From Bdellovibrionales bacterium (GTDB taxonomy: Bacteria > Bdellovibrionota > Bdellovibrionia > Bdellovibrionales > JAGQZY01), in the NCBI GenBank assembly GCA_964229765.1, contig CAXREJ010000044.1:133426-197425 (forward strand): 64,000 bases of DNA, written 5' to 3'. A program made the position numbers and the translations under genes. The notes beneath the pieces are model-generated. The model did no database searches and was not told where the DNA came from. It saw nothing but the letters and a program-made list of their open reading frames with translations. This document shows positions 1-9,726 of the stretch, in pieces (position 1 is the stretch's first letter; each line of letters opens with the position of its first letter).

Positions 1-112
1 CTCTTTTTTATAGGCAAAAAATTCCCTTTCTGGACTCTAGGCTATCTCATAATGATCCGATGAATGAAATGTAAAGAGTTATAAAAGCAACGAACAATAA
101 AAGGTTTATGCT

Positions 113-589
113 ATGAAAAAAATATTTATGAGCTTAGTTCTTCTTACTTTCACTCAGTCGGTGTTCGCGACCCCAGAAGAGGCAGTGATCATCGAAGTGC
201 GCAAAAAAGTAAAGCTTCACGATATGGAAAGAGTTTACGCCGATTATTTTATAAAGGGTGGAGCCAATCTTGGATTGACTAAGGGAACTTTAGTATCTGT
301 GAATCGTCGAGTTCCAGTGCATGACCCATTTGATAATAAGTCCGTGGGAGATTTTTATGTAAAAGTTGCAGATATAGAGATCATTCAATCTGATAGTGAA
401 AAAAGTATTGGCCGTTTAATTGAAATTGATCGTAGAGAAGCTCGTCCAATGCTAACCTATGATGCTGTGATGATTGGTGATCGACTGGATTTAACCTCTA
501 TGAGGAATAAAGTCAGTTATCAGCAGCCACCTTCAAGTGTCTTCGAGCATGACCGCCAACCGGCGAGTATCCCTCTTCCGCAAGAATAA
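113..589 (+). CDS. Hypothetical secreted protein
   Basis: 158-aa ORF with N-terminal signal peptide MKKIFMSLVLLTFTQSVFA/TPEE. No recognisable catalytic motif. Confidence 0.5.
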   Translation: MKKIFMSLVLLTFTQSVFATPEEAVIIEVRKKVKLHDMERVYADYFIKGGANLGLTKGTLVSVNRRVPVHDPFDNKSVGDFYVKVADIEIIQSDSEKSIGRLIEIDRREARPMLTYDAVMIGDRLDLTSMRNKVSYQQPPSSVFEHDRQPASIPLPQE

Positions 590-936
590 TTGAAATTCGA
601 TTTAAGGGCTATTTTGGCAAAATGAATAGGCCTTAAACATTCTCGAATAGAGGAAACTTATCAGCTTGATATCCTAATCCTATGTAGTGCCGTTTATTTA
701 ACTCTCATATTCATTACCTGCGTCCTCATAGTACTTCCCCCCAAATGCTATTCATTCGATACCGCTTTAGTTAAGTTTTATTGTGGCACAAGGAGGAAAC
801 TGTATGAACTGTACTGGCGCCGTCAATGAAACTGGGAGCTTAATTAAACGGTATTAACTTTTTTTCTCCTTTGCCCTCACTGAGAACTTATCTAAAAAGC
901 ATTAGTCTCCTAAATGTTGACAAATGATCGTGGCTA

Positions 937-1839
937 ATGAATGACTGCACTATGGATTCAAATACTTATTTCGAGCTAGAGCTTAAAAATATTCCCGCCT
1001 CGTTGGAAGAAGATATTACGTTATTTCTTTTTGAGTCAGGGGCTGCCGGTGTTCAAGAGAACTTAACTTTTGAACAAAAAGATAAAAAATATTTACCAGA
1101 GGTTGTTGAACAGGAGATTAAAACTCTCATTGCTTTTTTCACGGAAAATCCGGGAGAGAAGCTTTTAGAGAAATTGATACAAAGGTTTCCTGACGTGACT
1201 TTGTTATTAAATCAGGAGCCTGTAAAAGACTGGCTCAGTGAGTGGAAAGCTCAGTGGCAACCTTTTTGTCTTGTTGAAAATATTTGGATTGTCCCAGAGT
1301 GGGAGAAAGAGAATTTTAATAAAGAAGATTCTATTCTAATTTATATTGAACCAGGGATGGCATTTGGGACGGGAACTCATGCAACAACACAACTAGCCAG
1401 TCAGTTTCTCGTCGATTTAAAAGAAAAAGAGATGCAAACTTTTCTTGATGTTGGAACAGGATCGGGAATTCTAGCAATTTTAGCTAGAAAGCTTAATTAT
1501 ACTAAAGGTTACGCCTATGATAATGATCCAGAATCTCACCGTGTTTTTACTGAAAATTTACAAAAAAATAACATTGATAATGTCGATTGGATCGAGAGCT
1601 GGTCACAAGACCTAACAGATAAAGTGGATCTGCTCATTGCCAATATCATTGATGGGGTTTTATTGGATTTAAAAGAAGAGTTTAAGAAAGTTAAACCTCG
1701 TTATTGTATTTTTACAGGTGTTCTTGAGGAGAGAGCAAAAGACTTTGTTAAGGAGATGACGGAAAACTGGAACTTGAAATTAATCAAAGAAGACCAGAAA
1801 GAGGAATGGAAGGGTTACATTTTTGAGGTTCAAGGGTGA
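937..1839 (+). CDS. prmA: Ribosomal protein L11 methyltransferase
   Basis: Has the PrmA hallmark IEPGMAFGTGTHATTQL and the SAM-binding LDVGTGSGILAI. An alternative start is ATG 952 (MDSNTYF). Confidence 0.85.
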   Translation: MNDCTMDSNTYFELELKNIPASLEEDITLFLFESGAAGVQENLTFEQKDKKYLPEVVEQEIKTLIAFFTENPGEKLLEKLIQRFPDVTLLLNQEPVKDWLSEWKAQWQPFCLVENIWIVPEWEKENFNKEDSILIYIEPGMAFGTGTHATTQLASQFLVDLKEKEMQTFLDVGTGSGILAILARKLNYTKGYAYDNDPESHRVFTENLQKNNIDNVDWIESWSQDLTDKVDLLIANIIDGVLLDLKEEFKKVKPRYCIFTGVLEERAKDFVKEMTENWNLKLIKEDQKEEWKGYIFEVQG

Positions 1840-2582
1840 GGCGTTACTGGATTGAGAGTCGTTACCAGAAAGAAGAGGGCTTCGAGTTAAGAGATGAAAC
1901 CTTTCATCATATTTGCAATGTTTGTCGCCGCTCTCTTAATGACAGGTTTGAGCTGATTGTCCAAGGGAAGGCTTACTTAGTTGAGATTGTTGAGTTAGAA
2001 AATAAGTCCGCTTTCGCCAAAATTATTGAGAGTCGGGAGATTCCTCCCCCTCCCCCTCCAGAAATCCATTTGGCCATCTCACTACCTAAATTGCAGACCT
2101 TTGAAAAAGTGTTAGAGAAAATGGTTGAGTTAGGAGTGACAGCGATTCATCCATTCACATCAGATTTTAGCTTCGTGAAATCAGCGTCGAAGATTCCCTC
2201 TAAAAAATTCCAACGTTGGGAAAAAATAATTCTGGGAGCGAGTCAGCAAACGGGTCGTGGGGAATTATTAAAATTAACCGAAATTAAGCCTTTAGGGGTC
2301 TTATTAAAAGAAGAGTTCATGACTTCCGGTGGGCTAGGACTTTTGGCCTATGAGGGGGAGGGTGAAAAAAGCTTCAAAAAACATCTTCAGAGCCATCATA
2401 GCGGCCTTGCGCCAATCTGGATTTTTGTCGGTAGCGAGGGCGGATTTTCTTCCAAGGACTTGAATTTATTTAAAGATTATAAACTCTTACCCATAAGTCT
2501 TGGAGATCAGGTTCTCCGAGTTGAAACGGCTTGCGTGACAATCGTGAGCATCTTAAAGTATGGTCTAGGGCATTTCGACTAA
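1836..2582 (+). CDS. rsmE: 16S rRNA (uracil1498-N3)-methyltransferase
   Basis: GTG start overlaps the prmA stop (GTGA). Has the N-terminal MRRYW motif and the C-terminal GSEGGFS and LGDQVLRVETA motifs typical of RsmE. Confidence 0.8.
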   Translation: MRRYWIESRYQKEEGFELRDETFHHICNVCRRSLNDRFELIVQGKAYLVEIVELENKSAFAKIIESREIPPPPPPEIHLAISLPKLQTFEKVLEKMVELGVTAIHPFTSDFSFVKSASKIPSKKFQRWEKIILGASQQTGRGELLKLTEIKPLGVLLKEEFMTSGGLGLLAYEGEGEKSFKKHLQSHHSGLAPIWIFVGSEGGFSSKDLNLFKDYKLLPISLGDQVLRVETACVTIVSILKYGLGHFD

Positions 2583-2593
2583 AGGAGCGGGAG

Positions 2594-3481
2594 ATGGATT
2601 TGGATAATTTTGAGTTTCGACCTTTGACCGATGGGTTAGGCTTCGACAAGACCACTGAAGAGTCTCAAAGAAAATCCAATTTTAAACCAAAAGCTTATCA
2701 GGAACCTATAAAAAAGGTGGAACTAAGAAAAGAGACTTTTGAGCTTCCAGAGCAGGATTTTAAAAAGCCTAATAATACCCCTGTCAGTCGTTCTTTAAAG
2801 AAAATGTTAGATTCACTCCCACCATCAGTAGATTTCACTGAAGATAAGGAGAGGGAAAAAAATTTTAAAGGTCCTTTAGCTCCAGAGTTAAGAAAAGAGG
2901 CCCCCTTCTATCGTCCAACACCTGACAATGCTCCGCAACCGGTTGTTAGTAATCAAAACTTTGATGTCACACTTGATAATAGTTTATCGCAAGCTTTTCC
3001 TAAGGAAGAAGTGAGTAAAAGATTCTATCATCAAATGGTAGAGCCCATTCCTCAATATAAAGAAATCTCTTCAAGTTTTGCTTCGGCAGTTATTGATTTC
3101 TTAATTGTATTAGGACTTTCTTCATTATTTGTAGTAAGTCTCGTGGCTATTACTCGTGTTGATCTGATTGCGATGTTGACTCATAATCAATTGGGTTTGC
3201 GAACCACAATTGAGATTGGTGTCCTGTTTGCAGGTGTTAACTTATTCTATTATATGGTTTCACGCGGATTGTTTGGATCAACATTGGGTGACTGGGCCTT
3301 TGATGTTCAATTGGGCTCGGCGAAAGAACGTTCTCATCTTATGTACCCACTGCAAGTGATTTTTAGAACCTTTGTTATCATGTTAACCGGTATTTTTATT
3401 ATTCCACTCGTATCCATTGGGTTTGGTAAAGATATTGCTTACTATTTTTCAGGTTTAAAACTTTATAGCCGTCAGTATTAA
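2594..3481 (+). CDS. RDD-family-like integral membrane protein with a long hydrophilic N-terminus
   Basis: ATG 2594 is preceded by the SD AAGGAG (2582-2587). The C-terminal third has 3-4 TM segments and a GSTLGDWAFDVQL block resembling the RDD domain. The ORF-track start at 2531 lies inside rsmE and is unlikely. Confidence 0.55.
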   Translation: MDLDNFEFRPLTDGLGFDKTTEESQRKSNFKPKAYQEPIKKVELRKETFELPEQDFKKPNNTPVSRSLKKMLDSLPPSVDFTEDKEREKNFKGPLAPELRKEAPFYRPTPDNAPQPVVSNQNFDVTLDNSLSQAFPKEEVSKRFYHQMVEPIPQYKEISSSFASAVIDFLIVLGLSSLFVVSLVAITRVDLIAMLTHNQLGLRTTIEIGVLFAGVNLFYYMVSRGLFGSTLGDWAFDVQLGSAKERSHLMYPLQVIFRTFVIMLTGIFIIPLVSIGFGKDIAYYFSGLKLYSRQY

Positions 3482-3486
3482 AAGCG

Positions 3487-3957
3487 ATGTTCTATACAAC
3501 ACTTGAGTCCCTTATAAAGAAAATACAAGATGATCGTGTTGGTAAAAAGTTAGTTTTTACCAATGGATGTTTCGATATTTTACATATTGGTCATGTTCGA
3601 TATTTACAAGAAGCTAAAGCTTGTGGAGACTTGTTGGTTGTTGCCGTTAACTCAGATGCCAGTGTTAAAAGATTGAAGGGACCAGAACGGCCCTTACAAA
3701 AGCAAGAGGATCGCGCAGAAATTTTAGCAGCGCTATCGGCGGTTGATTACACTGTTATCTTTGATGAGGATACCCCCTTACATTATATCGAGGCCATTGC
3801 CCCCGATGTCTTGGTCAAGGGCGGGGATTGGGCCATTTCTCAAATTGTAGGCTCTGAATTTGTTTTAAATGGTGGCGGGGAAGTGAAATCCTTAAATTTT
3901 GTTGAAGGTCGTTCGACCACAAATGTAGTAGAAAAAATTAAAAAAACCGAGGGGTAG
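3487..3957 (+). CDS. D-glycero-beta-D-manno-heptose-1-phosphate adenylyltransferase-like cytidylyltransferase (RfaE domain II type)
   Basis: Has the nucleotidyltransferase signature FTNGCFDILHIGHVRYLQEAK. The size (156 aa) matches stand-alone RfaE-II/HldC proteins. Confidence 0.75.
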   Translation: MFYTTLESLIKKIQDDRVGKKLVFTNGCFDILHIGHVRYLQEAKACGDLLVVAVNSDASVKRLKGPERPLQKQEDRAEILAALSAVDYTVIFDEDTPLHYIEAIAPDVLVKGGDWAISQIVGSEFVLNGGGEVKSLNFVEGRSTTNVVEKIKKTEG

Positions 3958-4059
3958 GGCCCTTTGTTTGAGCCTTATAATACAGTCCTTTATCTTTGCT
4001 TAAGGTTCAAAGCAAAATGGATACGGAGTTCGGATTGAATAGCTAAGCTTTTAAAAGCT

Positions 4060-4806
4060 TCAGAATAAGACTCCTGATTTAAAACTAAAGACGGTGGTTT
4101 CGTAGCGATCAACAGCAAGGCCTATAAAAAGAGGATTAAAGTTATAAGAGGCGCCTAACATAAAGTGAGAACTCTCTACTTTATGATTTTCTTGATTATT
4201 AGAGGCTGTCACTCCATCAATTCCTCCGGTAAATTGACCAGAAGAGTTTGCATATCCTCCTCCAAAAGAAAGTGAAAAATCTCCCAGCATTAATCCGAGT
4301 ATCAAGTCTCCGCCAATATTTTTTGTGGTGAATTTATTTTTTAGGTTGTTTGTGCCTGCGTGTAGAATAAAGGAAAAGTTAAGGGGAAGAAATAAGGCTT
4401 GATAAAAGTTCCAACGGTAACTGGCTCCAAATCGATTGAGCTCTTGAGTTTTGCGAGGAGGGGTGAAGTGAATAAATAAATCACCATTATTGTAGAGCCC
4501 TTTTCCAACAGTTAAAGTGGGGTAGAAAAAGTGTTCTGTTTGAGGACTTGTGGAGCCTAGATTTGATATTTCTGCGGTGTCAATGGATTCGAGGGTGAGA
4601 CTTAATTCCACCCCGCTGTATCCACCAAGGGGATAAGCATTGGTGAGTACTTTAGGTTGAGCTCCCAATCCAATGATCTCCAGCATTCGGGTTTGGTCAT
4701 CTTGACTCAGTTGATTTGGAATCTCAATGGCCAAGAGAAATGAAACGAAGAGATGAACAATAAAAGTCATAGAAAGTACTCCATAAAATTTCAATTTTAT
4801 GAACAA
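4060..4806 (-). CDS. Outer-membrane beta-barrel protein (hypothetical)
   Basis: Hydrophobic N-terminus, alternating beta-strand pattern rich in G/S/N/Y, and a C-terminal ...SFKSGVLF ending in Phe as in OMPs. Confidence 0.5.
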   Translation of the reverse strand: MFIKLKFYGVLSMTFIVHLFVSFLLAIEIPNQLSQDDQTRMLEIIGLGAQPKVLTNAYPLGGYSGVELSLTLESIDTAEISNLGSTSPQTEHFFYPTLTVGKGLYNNGDLFIHFTPPRKTQELNRFGASYRWNFYQALFLPLNFSFILHAGTNNLKNKFTTKNIGGDLILGLMLGDFSLSFGGGYANSSGQFTGGIDGVTASNNQENHKVESSHFMLGASYNFNPLFIGLAVDRYETTVFSFKSGVLF

Positions 4807-5077
4807 TCAGTATGCTTTGCTTATTTTAAAAAGTCATCCATCGTTGAGTTAGATTTTTTCATGTGAATGGGGAGTTTTAAGCTAGTTGACCATTTTATTA
4901 AATAGAGTTAGCTAGTGTCATATCCTGAAATTTTTGTTTCTATTTTATGCGTGATGACGAAAGACTCGTTAATAGCTCTCTGAGAAGGAATAAGCCAATA
5001 GGAAACAATAGAGTCAGATAAAGGGTGAAAAACCACTGAATGAGACACTCAAGTTTCATTAAATAGTAGGAGACTTT

Positions 5078-6343
5078 ATGAAAGCACTGGTTATTGGCAA
5101 GGGTGGTCGTGAGCACGCTATTGTGCATGCACTGTTAAAGAGTCAGTTAATAGAATCTGTCTATGCTGCACCAGGAAGCCAGGGAATGGGTAGTGATGTT
5201 TCATGCCTTAATGTTGCCCTTGAAGTCGATGCTATTGCTGAAGTCTGTAAGAAAAATGAAATTGATTTGATTATAATTGGTCCAGAAGATCCTTTGGTTG
5301 CAGGCCTTGCAAGTGACTTAAGGGACAAGGGTCTTTTCGTTTTTGGTCCTGATAAATCGGGGGCTCGTCTTGAGGGAAGCAAAATCGCTTCTAAAATCTT
5401 TATGGAGTCTCACGACATACCGACAGCGCGTTTTGAAGTGGTTGATAGTGTGGCCCAAACAATGAAGGAGGCTGAAACGTTCACTCCTCCTTACGTACTA
5501 AAAGCCGATGGTTTAGCCGCAGGTAAAGGTGTTTACATTTGTGAAAATAGGGAAGAGCTTGAGAAAGCAGCCAATGACTTGTTTGTGCGAAAAGTTTTGG
5601 GAGTGGCCGGTGAAAAAGCACTTCTTGAGCAGTTCCAACCTGGATTTGAACTGAGCTTTTTTATTCTGACTACAGGTAAGGACTACATTGTGATGCCTAT
5701 GGCCCAAGATCATAAGAAAATCTATGAGAATGAAAAAGGGCCTAATACCGGTGGTATGGGCACTGTCGCACCCATGGAAATTGAGTCCGATCTATACAAT
5801 CAAATTATTTCAAAAATTGTTGAGCCCACTCAAAAAGGAATCTCTGCGGAAGGTTTTGATTATCGTGGGGTTGTGTTTATTGGAATTATGGTAACAGAAC
5901 AAGGTCCTCAGGTCTTAGAATACAATGTGCGCTTTGGTGATCCTGAAACCCAAGTCTTGCTTCCTTTATTGGATGGTGATTGGGGAGAAGTATTTTTTAA
6001 AATTGCAAAAGCAGAACTACCCGAGGTGAAGTGGAAAGATCTTTATACCACTTGTGTTGTTTTGGCTGCTGAAAATTACCCTGACACTCCCGTGAAGGAT
6101 GTTGTTATAGAAGGGGATTTTAAGGGATCTGAATCTCAATACTTTTTGCATGCTGGAACAAAGCAAACAATTCAAGGTCAATGGGTGACGGCTGGTGGAC
6201 GAGTTTTAAATTCTATAGGCTGTGGATCTACTTTACCTGAAGCTATCTCAAAGGCCTATGCACAAGCCGAAAAGGTGCAATGGCCAGGTCGACAGATAAG
6301 AAAAGATATTGGTCAGAAAGGCTTTAAGGCTATTACCAGTTAA
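5078..6343 (+). CDS. purD: Phosphoribosylamine--glycine ligase
   Basis: Starts MKALVIGKGGREHAIVHAL and carries the ATP-grasp motifs LKADGLAAGKGV and EYNVRFGDPETQ. 421 aa. Confidence 0.9.
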   Translation: MKALVIGKGGREHAIVHALLKSQLIESVYAAPGSQGMGSDVSCLNVALEVDAIAEVCKKNEIDLIIIGPEDPLVAGLASDLRDKGLFVFGPDKSGARLEGSKIASKIFMESHDIPTARFEVVDSVAQTMKEAETFTPPYVLKADGLAAGKGVYICENREELEKAANDLFVRKVLGVAGEKALLEQFQPGFELSFFILTTGKDYIVMPMAQDHKKIYENEKGPNTGGMGTVAPMEIESDLYNQIISKIVEPTQKGISAEGFDYRGVVFIGIMVTEQGPQVLEYNVRFGDPETQVLLPLLDGDWGEVFFKIAKAELPEVKWKDLYTTCVVLAAENYPDTPVKDVVIEGDFKGSESQYFLHAGTKQTIQGQWVTAGGRVLNSIGCGSTLPEAISKAYAQAEKVQWPGRQIRKDIGQKGFKAITS

Positions 6344-6941
6344 TTTGATATTGTAATAGCTGTTGTGATTGTGTGCGATCATTGGTGTGGGTAAGTAAAA
6401 TTCTCGATCGACTTGAGAGAGCTTCTTCAATAGAGAAGATGAGAGCCTCTTGGCCAGCTCGGTACTCCAGTTTCGACTTTATAAACCCTTCGTAAATGAT
6501 GCGAGCTTCTTGTTTGAGAGCTTGTAAATCAAAATTGAATTTATGTTCAATGGGCTTTTCAATGGCTGAGCTTTGCTCGGTCTGAATAGCAACGTCCATT
6601 TTGGCTGAGCTTTCTACTTTTTTTGCTGTTTTAAATAAAAAACTATTTTTAATAAAAGGTGTATCCATAAGACTTTGAGCTGACTGAGTCAGAATTTTAC
6701 TGCGAATACTTCGGCCTGTTTCATTTTGTCCGACATGATCGGGTAGTATGGACTCTAAGTTTTCTTTAGTAAATAGACCTTCCCGTCCTTTAATGACTTT
6801 ACGACTGAATGTCACAGGAATACGTTTCGTTTTAGAAACGTATTCCTTCGTAAAAGCTTTTCCCCGTAGGGCGTTGAATGCCAAACAATGGGATTGGCAC
6901 AAAACAATAGCTAAGAATGTTAAAATCAGCTTAATAACCAT
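6333..6941 (-). CDS. Hypothetical secreted protein
   Basis: Internal start MVIKLILTFLAIVLCQSHCLA gives a signal peptide. Converges on purD with an 11-nt overlap of the 3' ends. No family recognised. Confidence 0.45.
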   Translation of the reverse strand: MVIKLILTFLAIVLCQSHCLAFNALRGKAFTKEYVSKTKRIPVTFSRKVIKGREGLFTKENLESILPDHVGQNETGRSIRSKILTQSAQSLMDTPFIKNSFLFKTAKKVESSAKMDVAIQTEQSSAIEKPIEHKFNFDLQALKQEARIIYEGFIKSKLEYRAGQEALIFSIEEALSSRSRILLTHTNDRTQSQQLLQYQINW

Positions 6942-7525
6942 ATAACCCTTAAAGGAGCAAGAACCAGGCCAATTTTGTGCGTTTATTTTCGATTTCAACT
7001 CTTAGTAAGAGCCAAAATTGTTATATTTTAGACAGCTGTCATTGAACCTAAGTTATAAAATAAATTGTATCATTTTGAGATGCTGAGAGGTGATAAGTGT
7101 CTTGAGAATTGGCCTTAGACCTATGCAGACCATGAGTATTTTGGCCTTTGTCCTATGGACGATAGGTGTGTTTCTTTTTGTTATACTTTTTTACGAAGAC
7201 TCCGAGTCACATTTCACTGACTTGGGCATCCCTATTAAACGATTTCACTTCAGCTGGGTGAAGATTTAAGGTTATTCAATCAACTCTGGGTATGATGCCA
7301 TAGCGATGAAAACTTCACTTTTTAGCAAAGAAACTTTCCAATGATTTTAATTAAGGGAGTGCAAATTTTGTAGAACATCTGCCTTTTGTTTGTTTCATTT
7401 GATATCTGAAACAGAGTCTGATCATGATGGAGTTCTCCCCTCTATGTAAAAAACTCTCGATATCTTCAAAAGAAACAGCGGGAGTCTTGACAGAAATCAT
7501 TGTCATCCTTCAATATCAAAAAATT

Positions 7526-8164
7526 ATGAAGTACTGGATTTTTGATTTTGATGGAACTTTAGTAGATACAGATGGGCTTTTTTATCAATGTCTAGAGTAC
7601 ACCTTAAAGCCATTTGAAGTTGAAGTGCAACCGGACTTTATGGAGCAAATTCGTCATAAGCACCCCCATAGAATCTTTGAAGATTTATTGCCCCCATCTC
7701 AGTCAAAAATTGCTATGGAACGTTTGAAGAGAGCTGGGGCCGAGTTGAGTGAGGGAATAGAAGCTTTCCCTGGAATAAAAGAAGTTCTGACAACCATTGA
7801 AAATAATAAAGGTCGTTTAGCTATATGGACTGGGAGAGATGGCGAGTCCACAAGGCGTATTTTGACTCGCTTGGGACTTGTTGAAAGATTTGAGACAATC
7901 ATTACGGGGACTTGTGTTGAGACCAATAAACCAGGCCATGATGGGTTATTGACGATTAAAGACTTTTTTAGAGCTAAACCCCATGAGATGGTTATGGTCG
8001 GTGATCATCACCATGATATAAGTCCAGCCAATGATCTTGGTTTACATTCTGTTCACGCTCGGTGGAAATCACAACCCCAAGATTTACCTAAAGAAGTAAA
8101 ACCTCATTGGAATTTTAACTGCACTCAGACTTTTTTAAAATGGATTGAAGATCAGTTTAAATAA
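7526..8164 (+). CDS. HAD-superfamily phosphatase (phosphoglycolate-phosphatase-like)
   Basis: HAD motif I WIFDFDGTLVDTD lies immediately after ATG 7526. Motif IV-like GDHHHDISPANDLG is present. The ORF-track start at 7424 adds a non-homologous 34-aa extension. Confidence 0.75.
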   Translation: MKYWIFDFDGTLVDTDGLFYQCLEYTLKPFEVEVQPDFMEQIRHKHPHRIFEDLLPPSQSKIAMERLKRAGAELSEGIEAFPGIKEVLTTIENNKGRLAIWTGRDGESTRRILTRLGLVERFETIITGTCVETNKPGHDGLLTIKDFFRAKPHEMVMVGDHHHDISPANDLGLHSVHARWKSQPQDLPKEVKPHWNFNCTQTFLKWIEDQFK

Positions 8165-8218
8165 AAAAAAGCCAAGGAGTCCTTGGCTTTGAAGTTTTGT
8201 GCAATAGTCGTTTATTCC

Positions 8219-9619
8219 CTAGAGTACAGCTTCCTCTGGAGCGAGGCCTTTTTTCTTTATTTTTTCAACCAGAGTGGTTCGATTAAGGCGTAATAAAATA
8301 GCGGCCTGATTACGATTCCAGCCTGTTTTGTTGAGGGCATTAATTATTAATTGATTTTCGTAGGCTGCAATAGCGTTGTTAAAATCAATTCCTTGTTCAG
8401 GGATTTCAATGGGCAGTTGACCATTGGCTGTCATTCCAGTTCCTTCATCGAAGTGTTGAGGAATATCGGAAGGTTCAATCATTCCTTCTTTACGGAGGAT
8501 ACTCACGCGCTCAATGAAGTTCTCTAGTTCTCTAATGTTTCCAGGCCAGGCATATTTTTTAAGTTTATCAAGTGCCATGGGGTGAATTCCAGTAATATTG
8601 ATACCTTTATGTTGATTAAACTTATTAATGAAGTGTTCTAATAAAAGAGGAATATCATCAGCACGTTCTCTCAAAGGTGGAATTTGAATAGGGATAACGT
8701 TGAGTCGATAAAAAAGATCTTCGCGAAAAGTTCCTTCTTTTACAGCTTTGGCAAGATCAACATTGGTCGCTGTAACAATACGTACATCGGATTCAATTGT
8801 TTTTGCACTTCCAACCGGTTCAAATCGTTTCTCTTGAAGAACTCTTAATAGTTTAACTTGTAAGTTTGGGCTGAGGTCGCCGATCTCATCAAGAAATAAA
8901 GTTCCCTTGTTTGCAATTTCAAAACGTCCCTGTCTATTACTAATAGCTCCGGTGAAAGCTCCTTTGACGTGACCAAACAGTTCACTTTCTAGAAGTTCGT
9001 TTGGAATGGCGCCACAATTAATTGGTACAAAAGGTTTATCTTTGCGTGAGGAGTTGTAGTGAATGGCTTTAGCAATTAATTCCTTACCGGTACCACTTTC
9101 TCCACTCACTAATATCGTTGAGTCTGTGTCTGCTACTTTCTCAATCATATTTAAAACATTTTTGATGGGCTGACTCTGTCCGATAATATTGTCAAAGCGA
9201 TATTTACTTTCTAATTTGGATTTCAATTCGGTGTTTTCAAAAACAAGTTTTTTGTGTGAGAGAGCTTTTTCTGCAATGGATACCAACTCTTCAATATTGA
9301 AGGGTTTTGTCATAAAATGGAAAGCTCCCATTTTAGTTGCCTTAACAGCAACATCAATGCTTCCAAAACCTGTCAGTACAATAACAGGTATATTATTAAA
9401 TTTTTGTTTAAGTGTAGCGAGTAGATCAATTCCATCCCCATCAGGAAGTTTAACATCAACAATGGCAAGCTCTAATTCAGAGTTGCTTGTAATTACTGAT
9501 TCAGCTTCACGAATGTTACCAGTAGTAATAACTTGGTAATCTCTTCTTGAAAAAATTCTAAATAAGGCCGCGCGGAGTGTTTGTTCATCATCAACAACTA
9601 GAATTTTTGCTTGATTCAT
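8219..9619 (-). CDS. NtrC-family sigma-54-dependent response regulator (REC-AAA+-Fis HTH)
   Basis: Receiver KILVVDDE...DVKLPDGDG, Walker A GESGTGKE, the GAFTGA loop ([13 protein letters not shown]) and C-terminal [22 protein letters not shown]. Confidence 0.9.
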   Translation of the reverse strand: MNQAKILVVDDEQTLRAALFRIFSRRDYQVITTGNIREAESVITSNSELELAIVDVKLPDGDGIDLLATLKQKFNNIPVIVLTGFGSIDVAVKATKMGAFHFMTKPFNIEELVSIAEKALSHKKLVFENTELKSKLESKYRFDNIIGQSQPIKNVLNMIEKVADTDSTILVSGESGTGKELIAKAIHYNSSRKDKPFVPINCGAIPNELLESELFGHVKGAFTGAISNRQGRFEIANKGTLFLDEIGDLSPNLQVKLLRVLQEKRFEPVGSAKTIESDVRIVTATNVDLAKAVKEGTFREDLFYRLNVIPIQIPPLRERADDIPLLLEHFINKFNQHKGINITGIHPMALDKLKKYAWPGNIRELENFIERVSILRKEGMIEPSDIPQHFDEGTGMTANGQLPIEIPEQGIDFNNAIAAYENQLIINALNKTGWNRNQAAILLRLNRTTLVEKIKKKGLAPEEAVL

Positions 9620-9726
9620 TCAGGGTTCCTTCCTTGGATTTCAATGGTCTTTTTCTTCATGAAAAAGTTAACCGCTTTACTGTTTTCAGGTTAGGCAAAC
9701 ATTTTGACAGTGTCAATTTTTTGAAG

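Noticed and set aside
784-800. Sigma-54 promoter at TGGCACaaggaGGAA
   Set aside because: The -24 element is good, but the -12 position carries GGAA instead of (T)TGC. The AGGAGG here is better explained as a ribosome-binding site.
4807-5077. ZTP (pfl) or purine riboswitch in the 270-nt region upstream of purD
   Set aside because: The conserved GGGTCGTG...CCGCCTGGGC (ZTP) core and the purine riboswitch core sequences are not visible. The region is AT-rich with little stem potential.
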